This document shows, piece after piece, positions 38,187-51,773 of a stretch of 64,000 bases of DNA. The position numbers were made by a program, and so were the translations under genes. The stretch is taken from the NCBI GenBank assembly GCA_964106645.2, contig OZ067039.1; one strand, given 5' to 3'. Positions within the stretch are counted from its first letter, which is position 1; each line of letters begins with the position of its first letter. The DNA is from Podarcis pityusensis (Eukaryota). The notes beneath the pieces were generated by a model. That model saw nothing but the letters and a program-made list of their open reading frames with translations, was not told the DNA's origin and did not search any database.

Positions 38187-39229
38187 TGCTATAGCATAGC
38201 AGAATGTTGGGAAATGACTTTTAAAATCCTTCTTTATTTCCCCCTAAGCAAGAGGTGCAGAAAGAGAAAAGAGGGAAGTTATATGACATAAGTTGAACAT
38301 ATCTCTATTACCTAGAAAATAAAGAGAATAGTGTTTGAGTCCATGCCACTCAGCTGTGGCTACAGAGAATCCAGAAATCAATTTGTAAAAGTAAGAGAAA
38401 GGTGTTGATGGACCTACTGGGCTTACAACGTTTGGGTACAATGTCTCCTATCCAGCTGACTGACCTGAGGCACATGTGCATCATGACTGGAACCCAGGTA
38501 CTTGGCACCATTGTCTGTGATGAAGTCAGCATCACAAATGGATGGTATGTTCATGCTCTGGGGCTGTTTCCTATGTCTATAGACCTGTGGGAAGAAGCTG
38601 TAATGATTAGGCGCATGAGGTCAGAACTGTAGGAAGATCAGGGAAGGGAAGAAGCAACAGTTTTGCATCCTGTTGCTTAAGGGGTAGAAAGCTACACCAT
38701 ACAATGCATGATTCAAGGAAAAGAATCATAACATTGATATGTTTGGAGGGATCCAATGCAATGCTTACATGGCATGCTCATCTATGAATGACTGAAGTCT
38801 GAAGGACAAGCTGGTTACTTGCAAAGGGTTGGGTGAGACTGGTATGACTGGCATGGCTAGGGATGTTTTCCTACTTTGCAAGTAACAGTAACAAAAATCA
38901 AGGCTGATACTGTCACACAGTGGGAAACATCCAATAAAGGCTCATTCTAAAGCAACTCTTTTTCTCATCTACTTTCCCCCGGGTTTCTACAGGAGAAAAA
39001 GGTTTGACAATGCATTCCTACTACACACAACACAGCTTTAGCATCTAGGTTATCTGATTATGCTTCTCTTTCCTTAATGCATGGACCTAACCATTAGAAA
39101 CTTAATAGTGACATAAAAAGATTGCCCCAGCTAAAATAGTTTACCGTAGTCTGTTGGTTGTTGTATATGCATATTTAAACATGCATTCATTCATTTAATT
39201 TTATTTTATTCCACCTTTATTTCAAGGCA

Positions 39230-39365
39230 TTCAGCCCCACCAACCATGAAAGATAGGTAAGTTTGAGAGATGGTGGCTGGTGCAAGGTAACCCAGTGAGT
39301 TCCTTGCCTGAGTGGTGATTTGAATTTGATCCAAATAATATGTTCCAACCACGACGCCACACTGT
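39230..39365 (-). mobile_element. MIR-like CORE-SINE, diverged
   Basis: aggtaagtttgagagatggtggctggtgcaaggtaacccagtgag...gatttgaa core pattern; similar remnant at 60430-60510. Confidence 0.6.
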
Positions 39366-40105
39366 ATTATAGGATGTATTCTATGGCAATTTTTCCTTAT
39401 CAGTAAAAAGAAATTCAGACAAAACATATATTTAGAACATACAACCTAGCATTCCTACAATTTGCACTTCAGAACAGAAGCAAATTATAGTTCAGTTTTT
39501 GCTGAGATCCATTTGTAACTTCCAGATAACCTTGCAGAAAGCTAACAAGCAACTATAATACAGCATCTGAATAAGGAGGTACAGTAGATACGGGTTTTAA
39601 TATTTTATTTTATTTTATTAAAATGAGATTCTAGCACTCATGTCATGATAAAAGTGGCATGGGCGCCAGCACAAAATGGCTGCCATGTGCAGCAAAGAGA
39701 AGAAGAGGTGACGATACTCCACAGCAGTAAGTACCATCCCAAAAGAAGCACTGAATACAATATACAAAATGGGAACGAAACATAAAGGGTTAGTAGGATT
39801 CAAGAGAAGAAACATATCTCAGTATGATGCTTTCTGCTGTTGTGTAATCAGTTAAGTGGTAGCCTCGATGGAAAAAGGGAAACAGGACATGACCGAAGAA
39901 CATATTGAACAAGCTGAACCGACATGCAACTGAAGACTAAACACCAATAAAATAGTAGTAAGGCAATATGTATCCTTATCCTACCTTTCTTTCCAGCTGT
40001 CACAGGCAGGCTTGGTTTAAAGACTTAGTTTCATGTTAGAAGAAAGCAGGGAAAATAATTGCAAATCCCCATAAAGAATGATAAGGGAAAAAAGTGTTTT
40101 CCAAC

Positions 40106-40253
40106 CTGTTGTTTTAACTGATGGACTAATCTGTCTTTTTCTCTTTTCAAAGCCATCACTTCTTCTTGAGTTTTCTTTTTCTTTGAAGCAGACAGTTCAA
40201 GCAAGGCAATATTTGCATCTTTTTCACTGATGGCAGCAAGGAGTGCTTCCTGT
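40106..40253 (-). CDS. ERC2: ERC2 internal coding exon (148 nt, coiled-coil region)
   Basis: Acceptor ttttttaatcttatcAG, then 1 nt + 49 codons QEALLAAISEKDANIALLELSASKKKKTQEEVMALKREKDRLVHQLKQQ, then donor CAG|GTTGGA. The LSASKKKK, EVMAL and VHQL residues match ERC2 rather than ERC1. Confidence 0.97.
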
Positions 40254-40849
40254 CTGATAAGATTAAAAAATAATAATGAAAACGCTTAGAAAACATATGT
40301 TTTTTAATTGAATATTTTAGTGCCTCTGAAGCAAAAGAGGCAACATTAATATATTAGGCACCATGAATGCATGTCTTATTCTGCATACAATGTACCCGCC
40401 CAAATTTTCTAGGTTCAATTCTATGTACTGCTTATGATCAATTTTGAATCTGTTTGATTCAGGCAATAGCCAAGACTTCAATGACTGCAACATAAATCTA
40501 AGGAACTCAAAGTCCAAGTATTGCTAATTTTCATAGTGTGTTTAGAACTGCACACTGCAAAGACTGCAACAATTAAATTGCAGAAAGGTTCGTTTCAGCT
40601 CATTACTTGGAATGTGAAGACAGTAAAGGATATTGGGGTGTCTAAAAGAGTTCCAAAATTTCACGTGTCAAGCTTTTTTTGTTCAATCTGACCAATCAAC
40701 AACTCAAATATCTAAACATGATGGAACCTAATAAATTTAACACCTGATGATACAACATTTTAGCATATGATGGTACCATACGTCTTCTCTATATAAAAGC
40801 TAAAATTAAATTACACTGTCATATGTACAGCATTCAGGCAAATAATAAC

Positions 40850-40878
40850 TATTATTATTATTATTATTATTATTATTA
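40850..40878. repeat. (TAT)n microsatellite
   Basis: Directly visible. Confidence 0.95.
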
Positions 40879-42575
40879 GCCTTGTTCCATTCCATGACAT
40901 TCCACAGTGGCTTGGATGAAACTGATAGAAACAAATTGAAACAAGATATTTAGAGCAGTTGTGGGATCAGGATAACACTGAAACTGGGGACTTCATCATA
41001 CAGAAATTTACTAAACCCACCCATGGCGGGTGATCCTATTGGTCTTCAGACTGGTCTGTCAGGACCCAAAACCAAGTCACAGCCTGATCTAAGGTGGATC
41101 ACGACAGCAGCACTACCACCACACAAATAGATGGTTATAAAGAAAAAAATAAGAAATGGGTACCTAAAATCATGTTCAAGTTAAAGATGAGCCTCAGGAC
41201 TAAAAAGGCTGAAAACTACCATGATATTGTAGTGTCAGTTCAAAAGCAGTTTATGTCTCCTCATCCAGTCAGCTACCACTATCAGGTCCTGCTGGTCCTG
41301 GGCTATATATTTTAAAGCAGATATAACTGCATGTCAGAAGCATGCTGCTTACAATACCAAGCCTGTATGAGATTATGTCTCCAGAATGGACCCCAAAGAC
41401 TGGGCTAACATATCTGTTCTTGTGGAAAAGTTAATAGAACATTATTGAAACCACCGTACAGCATAACCCTAGATCCCTACAGGATCGGTTTTGCACATTT
41501 TTATGTCTCCCCTCAATAACGAAATTAGTGCCTATATTTTGTAAAACTAATAATAAAGAATGCACATATTTTTTATCATAAATAGATAATCTGCTTTTGA
41601 TACATTCTAGAAAATCTGAACATGTGAAATATTTCATAATTAAGTGGGCACAAAACGTAAGAGAAAAATATTGATGGGACTATGAGGGAAAATATGACAA
41701 TGTCACAGATTCTCGTTACAGAACAGCAAAGTGGTTAGTTTACATAGAAATATACACAGGCTACCCAGCAAACCCATATTGCCTGGACCACTCAGTTTGT
41801 TTCTTTAATAGTGATTAGTGGTGGAGTCCTGTGCAGTCTCTGGGGGCCTTTGTGCACAAGTATCAGTGGGCTCTTTGTCCCTCCCTTTCTTCCTCAAACC
41901 ACATCCCTTCTCCCTATTGGCTTCACCCCTTTAAAGTAAAATAAATATTGTGGGGCTTATTACCCTTCCACAGTGGAAAGGGTAACTTCTCTCGGATTTA
42001 ACCTTCCACCTGAATTCAAAACGAATATACTCCCAGTCCTTCTCATGCCCTCCTCTCCTCTTAATTCTGCTCACAAAAAAATCAACTCCACTTGAGGGAA
42101 AATAACGAAATTCTCACATTTTCTGAGCCTATCAACTCTCGGTAGAAGGAGCCCACATGCTCATTTGAACAGTGAAATAGGAGGCAAAGGAGAAAACCCC
42201 TTAAAAGAAAAATAATATTCAACACACAGTGATGGAATCTCTTTAGCATTGTAAATTATTAAGCAGAAAATTAGGCAGAAGCATTATACAGGAGATGGCT
42301 GCTCTGGAAGACATATATATTAAACATTCCATGTAGCAAAAGTATCCCTCAAATGATGTTTATTATCCTGGGATAGCAGCAGTGAAACAGAACTCTTCAG
42401 TGGGGCAAAAGGGCATAAAGGAACTCTATCTATCTCAATTCCCCCTCATAGAAGAAGAAGGAAAACTTCAATCAAACCAAAGCAAGCACCATTTGGGGAT
42501 ATGTTTCCAATGGGCAGGTAGGGGCTTCCTGCTCTGGGATAATCAAAAAGGCATCACCTTCTGAGTGTGTTAGAA

Positions 42576-42711
42576 CAGGCATAGGCAAACTCGGCCCTCC
42601 AGATGTTTTGGGACTACAACTCCCATCATCCCTGACCACTGGTCCTGTTAGCTAGGGATGATGGGGGTTGTATTCCCAAAACATCTGGAGGGCCGAGTTT
42701 GCCTATGCCTG
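42576..42711. mobile_element. Palindromic hAT MITE (same family as 38050, opposite orientation)
   Basis: About 57-bp near-perfect inverted arms; TSD tgttagaa/tgttagac; loop tgaccactggtcctgttagcta is the reverse complement of the 38050 loop. Confidence 0.95.
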
Positions 42712-45700
42712 TGTTAGACCCTCAAGTGGAACAGGGTTGAAGGGAATGGCTGGGCTGATGTAGACTGGGTGCTTCAAATCTGCTACAGATGGTCAGATGA
42801 AGGTGACCATCAGGACAAGGGTGCTTGGGAGAGTGACTTTTAGAAGCGCAAGTTGTCACTGATCAATGAGTCCAAAAACCAGCATGGCTGCCCCTCAGGC
42901 ACTAATTTGATACTGAAAGAGAATGCGAATGCACATATGCATACATTCTAAATTCATTTAGTACACATATAAGAAATACGGTATGTGAAGAAGTGTGCTT
43001 CTGTGTAAGAACAAGCACATACATGTGTGTTCAAGAGATCCACAGTCTAAACAATGTCAAAAAGAGTATATTTTAATTTGTAGAAGTGGAATGAATAAAA
43101 CACACACACAAAAATGATTTTAGCTACACTAAAAAAAAATCCTGTTAAGAATTAAACACTAGCAAATGCTCTCTTTTGATTGCTGTTTAACAGATTAACC
43201 ATTTTAAGAAGTCTCCTAGAAATATTTTTTTTAAAAATTGCCTTGCCACATCACAGTCTATTTAAAAGGGAATAATGTAAACACTTCTGTTTCACTCCCT
43301 CACCTACATTAGTCAGAGAACAATATTCTCAGCTTTATTAATAGGAACTGTCCATAACTGTTAGGAAAGTAGATAAATGAAGTGATATAAAATTACGATT
43401 TCATATGTTAACAAATACGAAAGCAAGAGCAACCCGTACTGTAATTCTTACATCCATTATTATGGAATGCGTTTTGTGCAAGGACACAAAAATGCAATTA
43501 AAACACTGTAATTGAAAATGTTTGAACTAACAATATACACCCCACTCTTCATGTTCCAATCATAACTGAATGGAAAAGAAACCGCTCAATCAACTTGTCT
43601 CTATAATTGTTGTTTTCTTTCCCTTCTGACCCCAAGTATTCAACTTTAAGTTCAGTAGGAGGTAATGTCAGAGAGACAGTGATGAGAGATCCTATTTGAA
43701 ACAACTTCTTTCTTTCACCCCAAAAAGAAAAAAAAGGTATGTTCAAACATGCTATTAATCCACAATGGTTGCACATGTACCTTTAAGGAAATACACAAAG
43801 GAACATTATCTACAGTTAAAATATTTAATCCATGCAGCCATACCTGAATTTGTGGCTGGTATTTATAATTTGCATAAGAGCCTAATACATAATAACTTCA
43901 CAGATGGCAGTTCAAAATTCTAGATTTATGTGAAGAAGTTGACCAATATGAGCTGCAGGTAGCATTCAGGTGTGGGGTGCATTGTGCTAGCTTTTGTGGT
44001 TATAGTGCTAGCACTTCTGTTCCAATTTCCAATGTTACTTTTACACAGCAGTACCTGTTGCACTATGGAACTGTGGCTTTATTTGTCGACATACTGCGAT
44101 GTTGAGCTAGATTGCATTAGCACCAGTGGGGATGGTGTGATGTGTAAAAGCAACACGCATGTTTCCACTCCTCCCCCCATTCCACACATGCGTCCTTCAG
44201 TTCCCTCATGATTAAAAGTGCAGGCTTTTAAATAGGCAATAGAACGTGATATATACTGGGAGAGCATTCAGCGAGTGACAGAGTTAAATGTGTTTTTTAA
44301 AAAAGTGAGTTGAATGTTTAAAACCTTATTCCATTCTAATCATGGCACTGCGGACCAAAGTAGGTATGATATTAGCTGCATGATTGCAAGTAATTTGTCT
44401 TCTTTTATAAACTTAAATAGCAGCTGGGATTGAGACTGTGGCACATGGGGAAGTGGTTAACCCTTTCCTCTCAAATCATGGCCCCCCATGAAAACTGTCC
44501 TGCAAACCTCAAGCCACCCTTAGAGGGCAGCACCAATGGACCTTTCCGTTCAGGACCTGATAGCAATTTCAGGGTTGGGAAGATTTTCATCAGGACCACA
44601 ATGCCCATTGAGCCATTGAGAAAAAACATACACACACCCTATATTTTCCTTGCAGAAAGAAAAGAGGTTTGTGGGGTGAGCAGTGAGCAGAAAAATAACA
44701 CAAGATGAAAGGCCGAAACACTTCTTCACCTGCCAGTCTTTATTCCAGATTGCCGACTGCCACATATGCTAAGTGGCATACAAATTGTTGAAATAAATAA
44801 ATCAAAACAGAAGCATTACACACAACTGTGTGTCACATGTAATTTGACCTGTTATGAAAGTAGTACTAGCTCTTTATACTTCAAGAAATGTCCAATCAAC
44901 CGACCCATATACACCTGACAAATTTGCTCCTCAAATTCTGTCCCCTATGCGTGCACGCCAATTCCTGGGGGCCAAGGCTCAATGTTATTTTTTTTAAGAG
45001 GGCCGCGGGCCCCCATTGTTCAGGGAAACACAGAGCTGAGTGCAGAGTGACATCAGGACATTGTATAACATTGTGTATGTCAGGACGTCATGTCGGCCCC
45101 TCCTCAATGTTTTTTAGAAGATGGTGCCTCTGCCCCTATGCGATCATCAAATCATTCACACAAAGTAGCCAGCCAGACACTGAAGACTATAATTTAAAAT
45201 GGTTGTATTCTGCTTTAGGTTCATATGAACCCAGATAAGAACGCATAATTTATTTATTTTTTCATCATTGTGTATGGCAATCATGAAAGCACTTGAATTT
45301 TGCGCTTAACTGTATATTGCAAGCACTTTTCATAAAACATTCTAAATCTCAATATCTCCGTTTAAATTTAAAACTTCAGAACCAAACCCTTCCCTGTGTG
45401 GACAGCCATTTTGCATTTTGTAGAGATGCAATATAAGTTTAACTGCTTCAACCTAGTGGATGCTAAACAAAAAAATTAACAACACAAAGGATCAGAAATA
45501 CTGGCGGGTGAATCCAATTGCATGTGAATACAAAGGTTTTGTTTGTGTGGAACATAGCTCTGCTCAAAGTCCAGCTAAGCCAAACAGGATGAACCAATAC
45601 TATAGGCAATCTGTCATTGTCAAGCCACTTGTCTTTCACCATTGTATTTTGTATGCATAAAGGACCAAGATAAAAGTTGTTTGTAGAAAGAATGGTTTGA

Positions 45701-46462
45701 TCCCTTGAGCATAGTATTCAACCCATTTTGAAGCTCACTTAAATTTATAAGCCTTGCGTGGAAAACTATTGTTGTTTTTCTAATCAATATTTTTTAAATA
45801 ACTCAAAATCAAAGTGTAAGAATCTTCTAGAATATATTATTGTAGAATGCAAGCCTAATATTGATGTTCCATAAAGCTTTGAGTTACATATATGACAGGG
45901 TTATCCTTGTGAACTAACCAAATACTGACTACCTTTGTCCAGAAACTAAATTACTTTCCAGGATGGAAATGTCAAACAGACCACAACAAAAGAGAGCCAA
46001 GGACTATATAGATGAGGAATAGGTAAGGTGTCTTCACTTCTTCTATTTAACTCCAGAATGACTTATTTCTGTTGAACTCAGGGCCTTTCTGCACTTACCT
46101 TTTATAGTGATATAGTTGCTGGGGGCTTTTCAGATTTTTTGGGTGTGCCACCACATGACATTGTCATTATTCAGCTACTACAGATGACAGAATTTAAGAC
46201 AAAACTTTTATTTTGTCCATAATCAAAAGACAAGGAACTAATAAAGCCATGCTGTAATTATAAAATAAATAACAACATACTATTCAGTATTTTAAGAACC
46301 TATTAAGAATTGTCAAAGAGAAGAAAAACTTGTTCTGATTCAGAAAATTGTCAGTCAGAATCTAACAATGCTGTTGTCTGAAGAAGTAGAGAGCCATAGG
46401 CAGAAACTCCACACCACGCTTTTCAGAATCTTATGTTAATTACGGTATGATATGATATGATA

Positions 46463-46825
46463 GGGACGCGGGTGACGCTGTGGGTAAAACCTCAGTGCCT
46501 AGGACTTGCCGATCGCATGGTCGGCGGTTCGAATCCCCGCAGCGTGGTGAGCTCCCGTCTTTTGGTCCCAGCTCCTGCCCACCTAGCAGTTCGAAAGCAC
46601 TCTTAAGCGCAAGTAGATAAATAGGTACAGCTTTATAGCGGGAAGGTAAACGGCGTTTCCATGTGCTGCGCTGGTGCTGGCTCGCCAGAGCAGCTTCGTC
46701 ACGCTGGCCACGTGACCCGGAAGTGTCTCTGGACAGCGCTGGCCCCCGGCCTCTTAAGTGAGATGGGCGCACAACCCTAGAGTCGGACACGACTGGCCCG
46801 TACGGGCAGGGGTACCTTTACCTTT
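46463..46825 (+). mobile_element. Full-length Sauria SINE, distinct subfamily
   Basis: gggacgcgggtgacgctg head, B box ggttcgaatccc, (accttt) tail; CpG-rich, so probably young; flanked by (TATGA)n. Confidence 0.95.
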
Positions 46826-46826
46826 T

Positions 46827-46874
46827 TATGATATGATATGATATGATATGATATGATATGATATGATATGATAT
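46827..46874. repeat. (TATGA)n microsatellite
   Basis: About 9 units; about 3 more units at 46446-46462 on the other side of the SINE. Confidence 0.95.
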
Positions 46875-49448
46875 TTAAACCACATCACAGTTCAAATTTC
46901 CTGATAATACGCTGTACAGATTTCCTAATTATTCATCAGAACTTGCTTTGCTGAGCTGCAGCATGAAAGCTTTTCCAAGCCAGCATGAAAGTTCTCAGTC
47001 AGCACAGGTGGTATCAGATGCCCCACCCTATAATTTTGGTCCTGCCAGGATGAGTGGGCAGGGTGTGCCTAATACCTTGCTATGAAGCATTTTGGTCACC
47101 ATATTCTAGGCCAGAGAGGAAATCGCCTGCAGACAAAATGAGGGGTGTCTGGAGGTTTCACCTACATCACAGCATCTGTCACAACTTGTTGGTGGGAAAA
47201 TATCAAGGTACCCATGTAAAGGGTTCGAGGGAAAGGTTTCTGCCTGAATGCCACAGAACTTCCCAAATGGCCTCCTAGAAGGATTGCCCAGATTTGATTC
47301 AGGTCATAAGGTGATCCTTAAATCCAGGATTGACTCTGAAGGCTTAATCAACCAGCAGATCGGCAAGTTGATTCAGAATCCATATCCAGTGCCTATGCCA
47401 AAGCCTACTTGCATCTGCAATTAATAAAATTGTGGCCATTTTGATCCCAAAATGCTATCTTGTCTTCATTTCTACCTATCACACCCCTCAGATTTACTGA
47501 GCCTGGGTGCACAAAAAGCCCTTCAAGCCAAACAACTGGCCAGATTTGAAATACCTTTGTGTCTCAGAGTGATGAGGTACTAATATAGGTGCTACTGAAA
47601 CAAAATCACTATCAAGTGTACTTCTTGGCCTAACTCTCCTAGTTTAATTTAAAAGATAAATAGTGTCAAAAAGGCAACAGATCTGAAGGAAGAACATTGC
47701 TGGGAGGTGAGGAAAATATGGAACAGATCCAAGTTATTTCAAGAATCAAGGAGAGGAGGAGTTCAGACAACAGTCCACAAATATTTCCTTAATTAGTACT
47801 TTAAAGATAGGCATGAAAAGAGTCAGATACCAGATCCATGTTGACTAATTATGACTTCCTTGTTAAAGGAGTGGCTGCAGGCATTTCCAGGAGCATGCAA
47901 GTCATATGATTCAAATTTGAGTAGGGCAGCTTACTCATTGATCTTCTTTGGTGGGTAAATGTTTCCCAAATTTGTTACAGACTAAGAAAGCAGCTTTTAC
48001 AAAAGGCAGATGTAAAGATTTTGGGGGGAAGGGGGGTGTTGATCACAAACCAAGATGAGTGATTAGAATGGTGCTAGTTTCAAGTACACCAAAATAGGCA
48101 CAAGGAAATGGGTCTTCCTGAACTGTAACTGTGAAAAAAATGCTATGCTTGCACAGTAGACAAAGCCCATCTATTAATACTTTCTACTGGCTAATTTGGT
48201 TGTGTAGTCGAGTACAAAGACAACAAGAAACTATTTTTGATGCTATTACGGATACTGTCTAATAGACATAACAATTGGTTGTTTCAGTTAGAATCTACAT
48301 ATGCTTAACCTTCCTGTCCATAGTATCAGGAAGAAATATAAAGGAAACTTGCAAAGGCTGCATGAATCAGAAATATTTTTGTGTCTGAAAATTTATGGAA
48401 TTCTGCCCCTCCCCCCACCACCTGAATTTTGCTCTTACCTATTCAGAGTGCTGAAAAAGATTGCAGTCATAACTTAAGACTGAAGATGCAATAAAAATAA
48501 AATCGCTTTTTTTAAAAGAAAAAGGTTCCACTTTTGGCAGCTGAAACTAAAAAGGTATGCATAGAATGAATTTGCTATCAATCATAAAATATTATTTACT
48601 GTATGCCTCAGCACGAAAAGAGAAGACATTCTCTTTCGCCACGCAGAGTGGCTGGGGCAACCAGTCACACGGGCATGGTATAAGTAACAAATTGTTGTTA
48701 TTATTCAGTTTACAATTGGGCCTTATTGATACAATAAACCTAATAAACCTCACCAAATACTGGATTAAACTGAAATCACCAAAATTGAGTTTTGCAAAAG
48801 AGTTTAGCCCACTAAACCAATAAAACCATCCAGGTCATGGTGGGGGAATCAGGGCAGATTTGAGACTTGTTTATCATGGAGTGTCTTCTCAGTACTGAGT
48901 GGTGAGCAGGTGAGCAGAGACAGAAGTTTCTGTTTTAAATAACACTGCAATAGCCCAAAGGAAAGAGTGATGATAAGAACAGCACCTATAGATTCAAGGG
49001 CTACTTTCACAATTATGTGAAGAGCTTTAATGAGTGATAAATTGCTTTACTGTTTTGTGTCTGGTTTTCTTGTCAAACATGCAAGCAAATGCTATGGATA
49101 CAAAGTTCATATGTTCATAATTCAGATCCAATATACCTGAAACCCACATTTTCTAGGTATGCCAACCCTATAACAACAGCCTTCAGAACTGTAGCAATCA
49201 ATGTATAACTTTCATGTCAAACTACAACTCAGTTTATGAATGAGCCCATTGTTCTCCCAATAAATTGATAATACAGCATGTAAGGAAAGCGGTGACTGCT
49301 GGTGGGGGTAAATAGAGACAAATTAAAGTTCAAATGTACATAGGTTCTCTTGCAGCTGAAGGAATGGACCAGTTCCAGCCTTGAGTTATGGCTATCTCTA
49401 ATTCTGAAGTTTAATATGCTTTCTTGACTTAGATAAGATTATCTGAAA

Positions 49449-49500
49449 TGGACTAGATGACCCTCGGGACACCTTCCAACTCTACAATTTTATGATTCTA
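49449..49500 (+). mobile_element. CR1/POM-type 3' tail fragment
   Basis: ggactagatgaccctcgggacaccttccaactctacaattttatgattcta. Confidence 0.75.
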
Positions 49501-50234
49501 ACCTGTTTGTAAATGTACTGTGCCGACATGGGCTGGAAAATGCTAGCCACCTGCACTGAATATGGAGACAGGTGTGAATGAAGCAAAAACTTATTAAGTG
49601 AGCTGCAGCTGAACCTGGAATCACATGACCAATCTTCAAGGCTGGTTATATGAATAACCTAGGAATATAAACAAGAGCAGTTGTTTTTCTGGCATCCTTA
49701 TGGCAAAAGTAATGGAGGAGACAAGATCTTTCTCCCTAAGTTGAGCAGGCAACCTTTAAAACACTCCAATGTTCCCAAAACAAAACAAGGGGTGTTCCAA
49801 AAACATCTAAGCTTAATGGAAGAAACTGGAACGAATTCTAGCAACAGCACAAAGGTGATTGCGAACAAACAGAGCACGTGCAAAAGTGCAATATTAACAA
49901 AAATAAGGCAGGCTGACTCATACACGTGTAAAGAACTGGAAAGAGGATCATACTTCAGAGAAAGAATAGAAAGTGTATTAGAAAAAGAAATATGGAGTCC
50001 GTAGTGATAACTAAAATATCCAAGGCTGAACACTTACTGTGGGGTAGCTCAGCCTCCTGTAGCACTTTGCCAGTTGGTAAGGCAAATCTTACTGCATGCC
50101 AAATGCCAATGTCTGATGAAATATGTTAAGAGAATTGTTGCCTATAGCCATCCGTGTATATTTGCAAAAATTCAGAGGAAGTACCTTAGAACGTAAATGA
50201 GAAGTGGAGTCTTTTTCTCAAATGAATAATCAAG

Positions 50235-50535
50235 TTTATTTAATTAATTTATATCTTGCCCTTCATCACAAGATCTCAAGGCAGATCACAGAATAAAATA
50301 CAAGAGAAAAATATGGGTAAATAATTAAAACGGAAACAACAAAACAATAGTTCCTCCTTCCCAAAGACACATTTAAAATATTGTAGGATATTAATCAGCC
50401 AAAGGAACATTTTTGAGTAGCACCTAAAATATATATAATGAAGGTGCCAGGAGAAGCTTCCTGGAGAAAGAATTCCACAAAAGGGGAAGTCACTACAGAA
50501 AAGGCCCATTCTTACATTGTCACCCTCCAGACCTC
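50235..50535 (-). mobile_element. L2-type LINE 3' fragment
   Basis: tttatatcttgccctt tail; gaattccacaaaagggg...aaaaggccc is the reverse of the RAFS...LWNSL motif. Confidence 0.6.
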
Positions 50536-51773
50536 ATGTTCTTTAAGTCCACCACAAATAAGGCATTTAGGCAGAGCCTCCTGAGTGCATGTATGTGGGA
50601 GAAATCAGAGAACTATTGCCACATGGGGCCCACAGATCGCATTATTTAACTCTCAGTTGCCCTTTTAACATGGCAATAATAAGTAAGAGAGAAAGCATGA
50701 AGAGCGTCAGACCAAAACCATTCAAAAGCTTCTAGGTCAAAACTTATTCCTTGAATTCACTACATACTATACAAACACTGTATAATATACTCCCAGTGGC
50801 CATATCCTATTACATTGCAGAGAAACTGGATTCTGCATCTCCTGGAGCTTCTGTGCAGCCATCAGTAGTAGCCACACGTAGGGAGATTATTATTATTTTT
50901 AAGTCAATATTAGGCTTCCCAGTTTTGTTGAACTTTCTCTTTAACACGCCATAGAAGAATGATTCTTCACTATTGAATTGTTTGACTGGAAAAAGTGATA
51001 AAGCTGTATGGTAACTAAATAAGGCACACCCTTCCCCATATATAATATATAACTCTGGGGGCTATTCTCTCCTGAATGTGTACAGGTGCAAATAAATGCT
51101 TGAGATGAATGAAAGGTTCCTGAAAGCTTATAGGGCAGCACCCCTCCCATTTAAGTTATACCTGAGGCTGTGCAGTATGAGCCCTGGTGAGGCATTACTG
51201 ACACTCCAGCCTCAATAAGGAAAGACAAAGGAGGGAGATTGGATCTCTCCCTCTTTAATGTGCTGCTAGAAGAAAAGAGCCTGGTGGCCTTTGAGGTGGA
51301 TTTCTCCCCCAAGGGCTACTGCAATGATTGAAAGGGGAGGAGGAGGCAATTTAGGGAGCAGGGTGTGTGGAGAGCAGAAAGATGATTGTGGTTGGTTGGT
51401 GCACATACATTCCATTTTCTTCCTTATGTTTTGTATACTCATAAAATATATGAACAGTAATATCACACACACACAAACACACACATCCCTTATATAATAT
51501 GTTTTTGTTTCTACTCAGTCCAAAAAAGAAGTTTGTAAAGTTGGTGGCTGAAGCCTGGTTGACACAATATCATACACCAAAGAGCTGGAAGCAGGGCAGA
51601 CGTGGATGTAGGACAGCACAACCAGTTCCCCCACACATGGCACCAGGGGCAAGGGGGCGCCTTCCCCAAGCCTAGCAAATACTGGGCTTTGGGAAGGAAG
51701 CATGAGGGCTCTGACAGTGTCCTAGAGGCCTCCTTCCCCAAGCCTAGCTAGTGCTTGCCCAGCTTTTGGACAG

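Larger units (their letters stand above)
23436..40105 (-). other. ERC2: ERC2 intron (about 16.7 kb, GT-AG, phase 0)
   Basis: Lies between the two identified exons. Confidence 0.9.

Noticed and set aside
13405-40253. Assignment to ERC1 (ELKS1)
   Set aside because: The poly-His tract and the LSASKKKK, VMAL, VHQL and DDEEGIWA residues fit ERC2.
46375-46412. Hammerhead-like CTGAAGA...GAAA (also checked 22110-22132, 44700-44722 and 47568-47602)
   Set aside because: No proper stem II/III, or the core boxes are incomplete. An Infernal scan would be needed to exclude intronic ribozymes completely.
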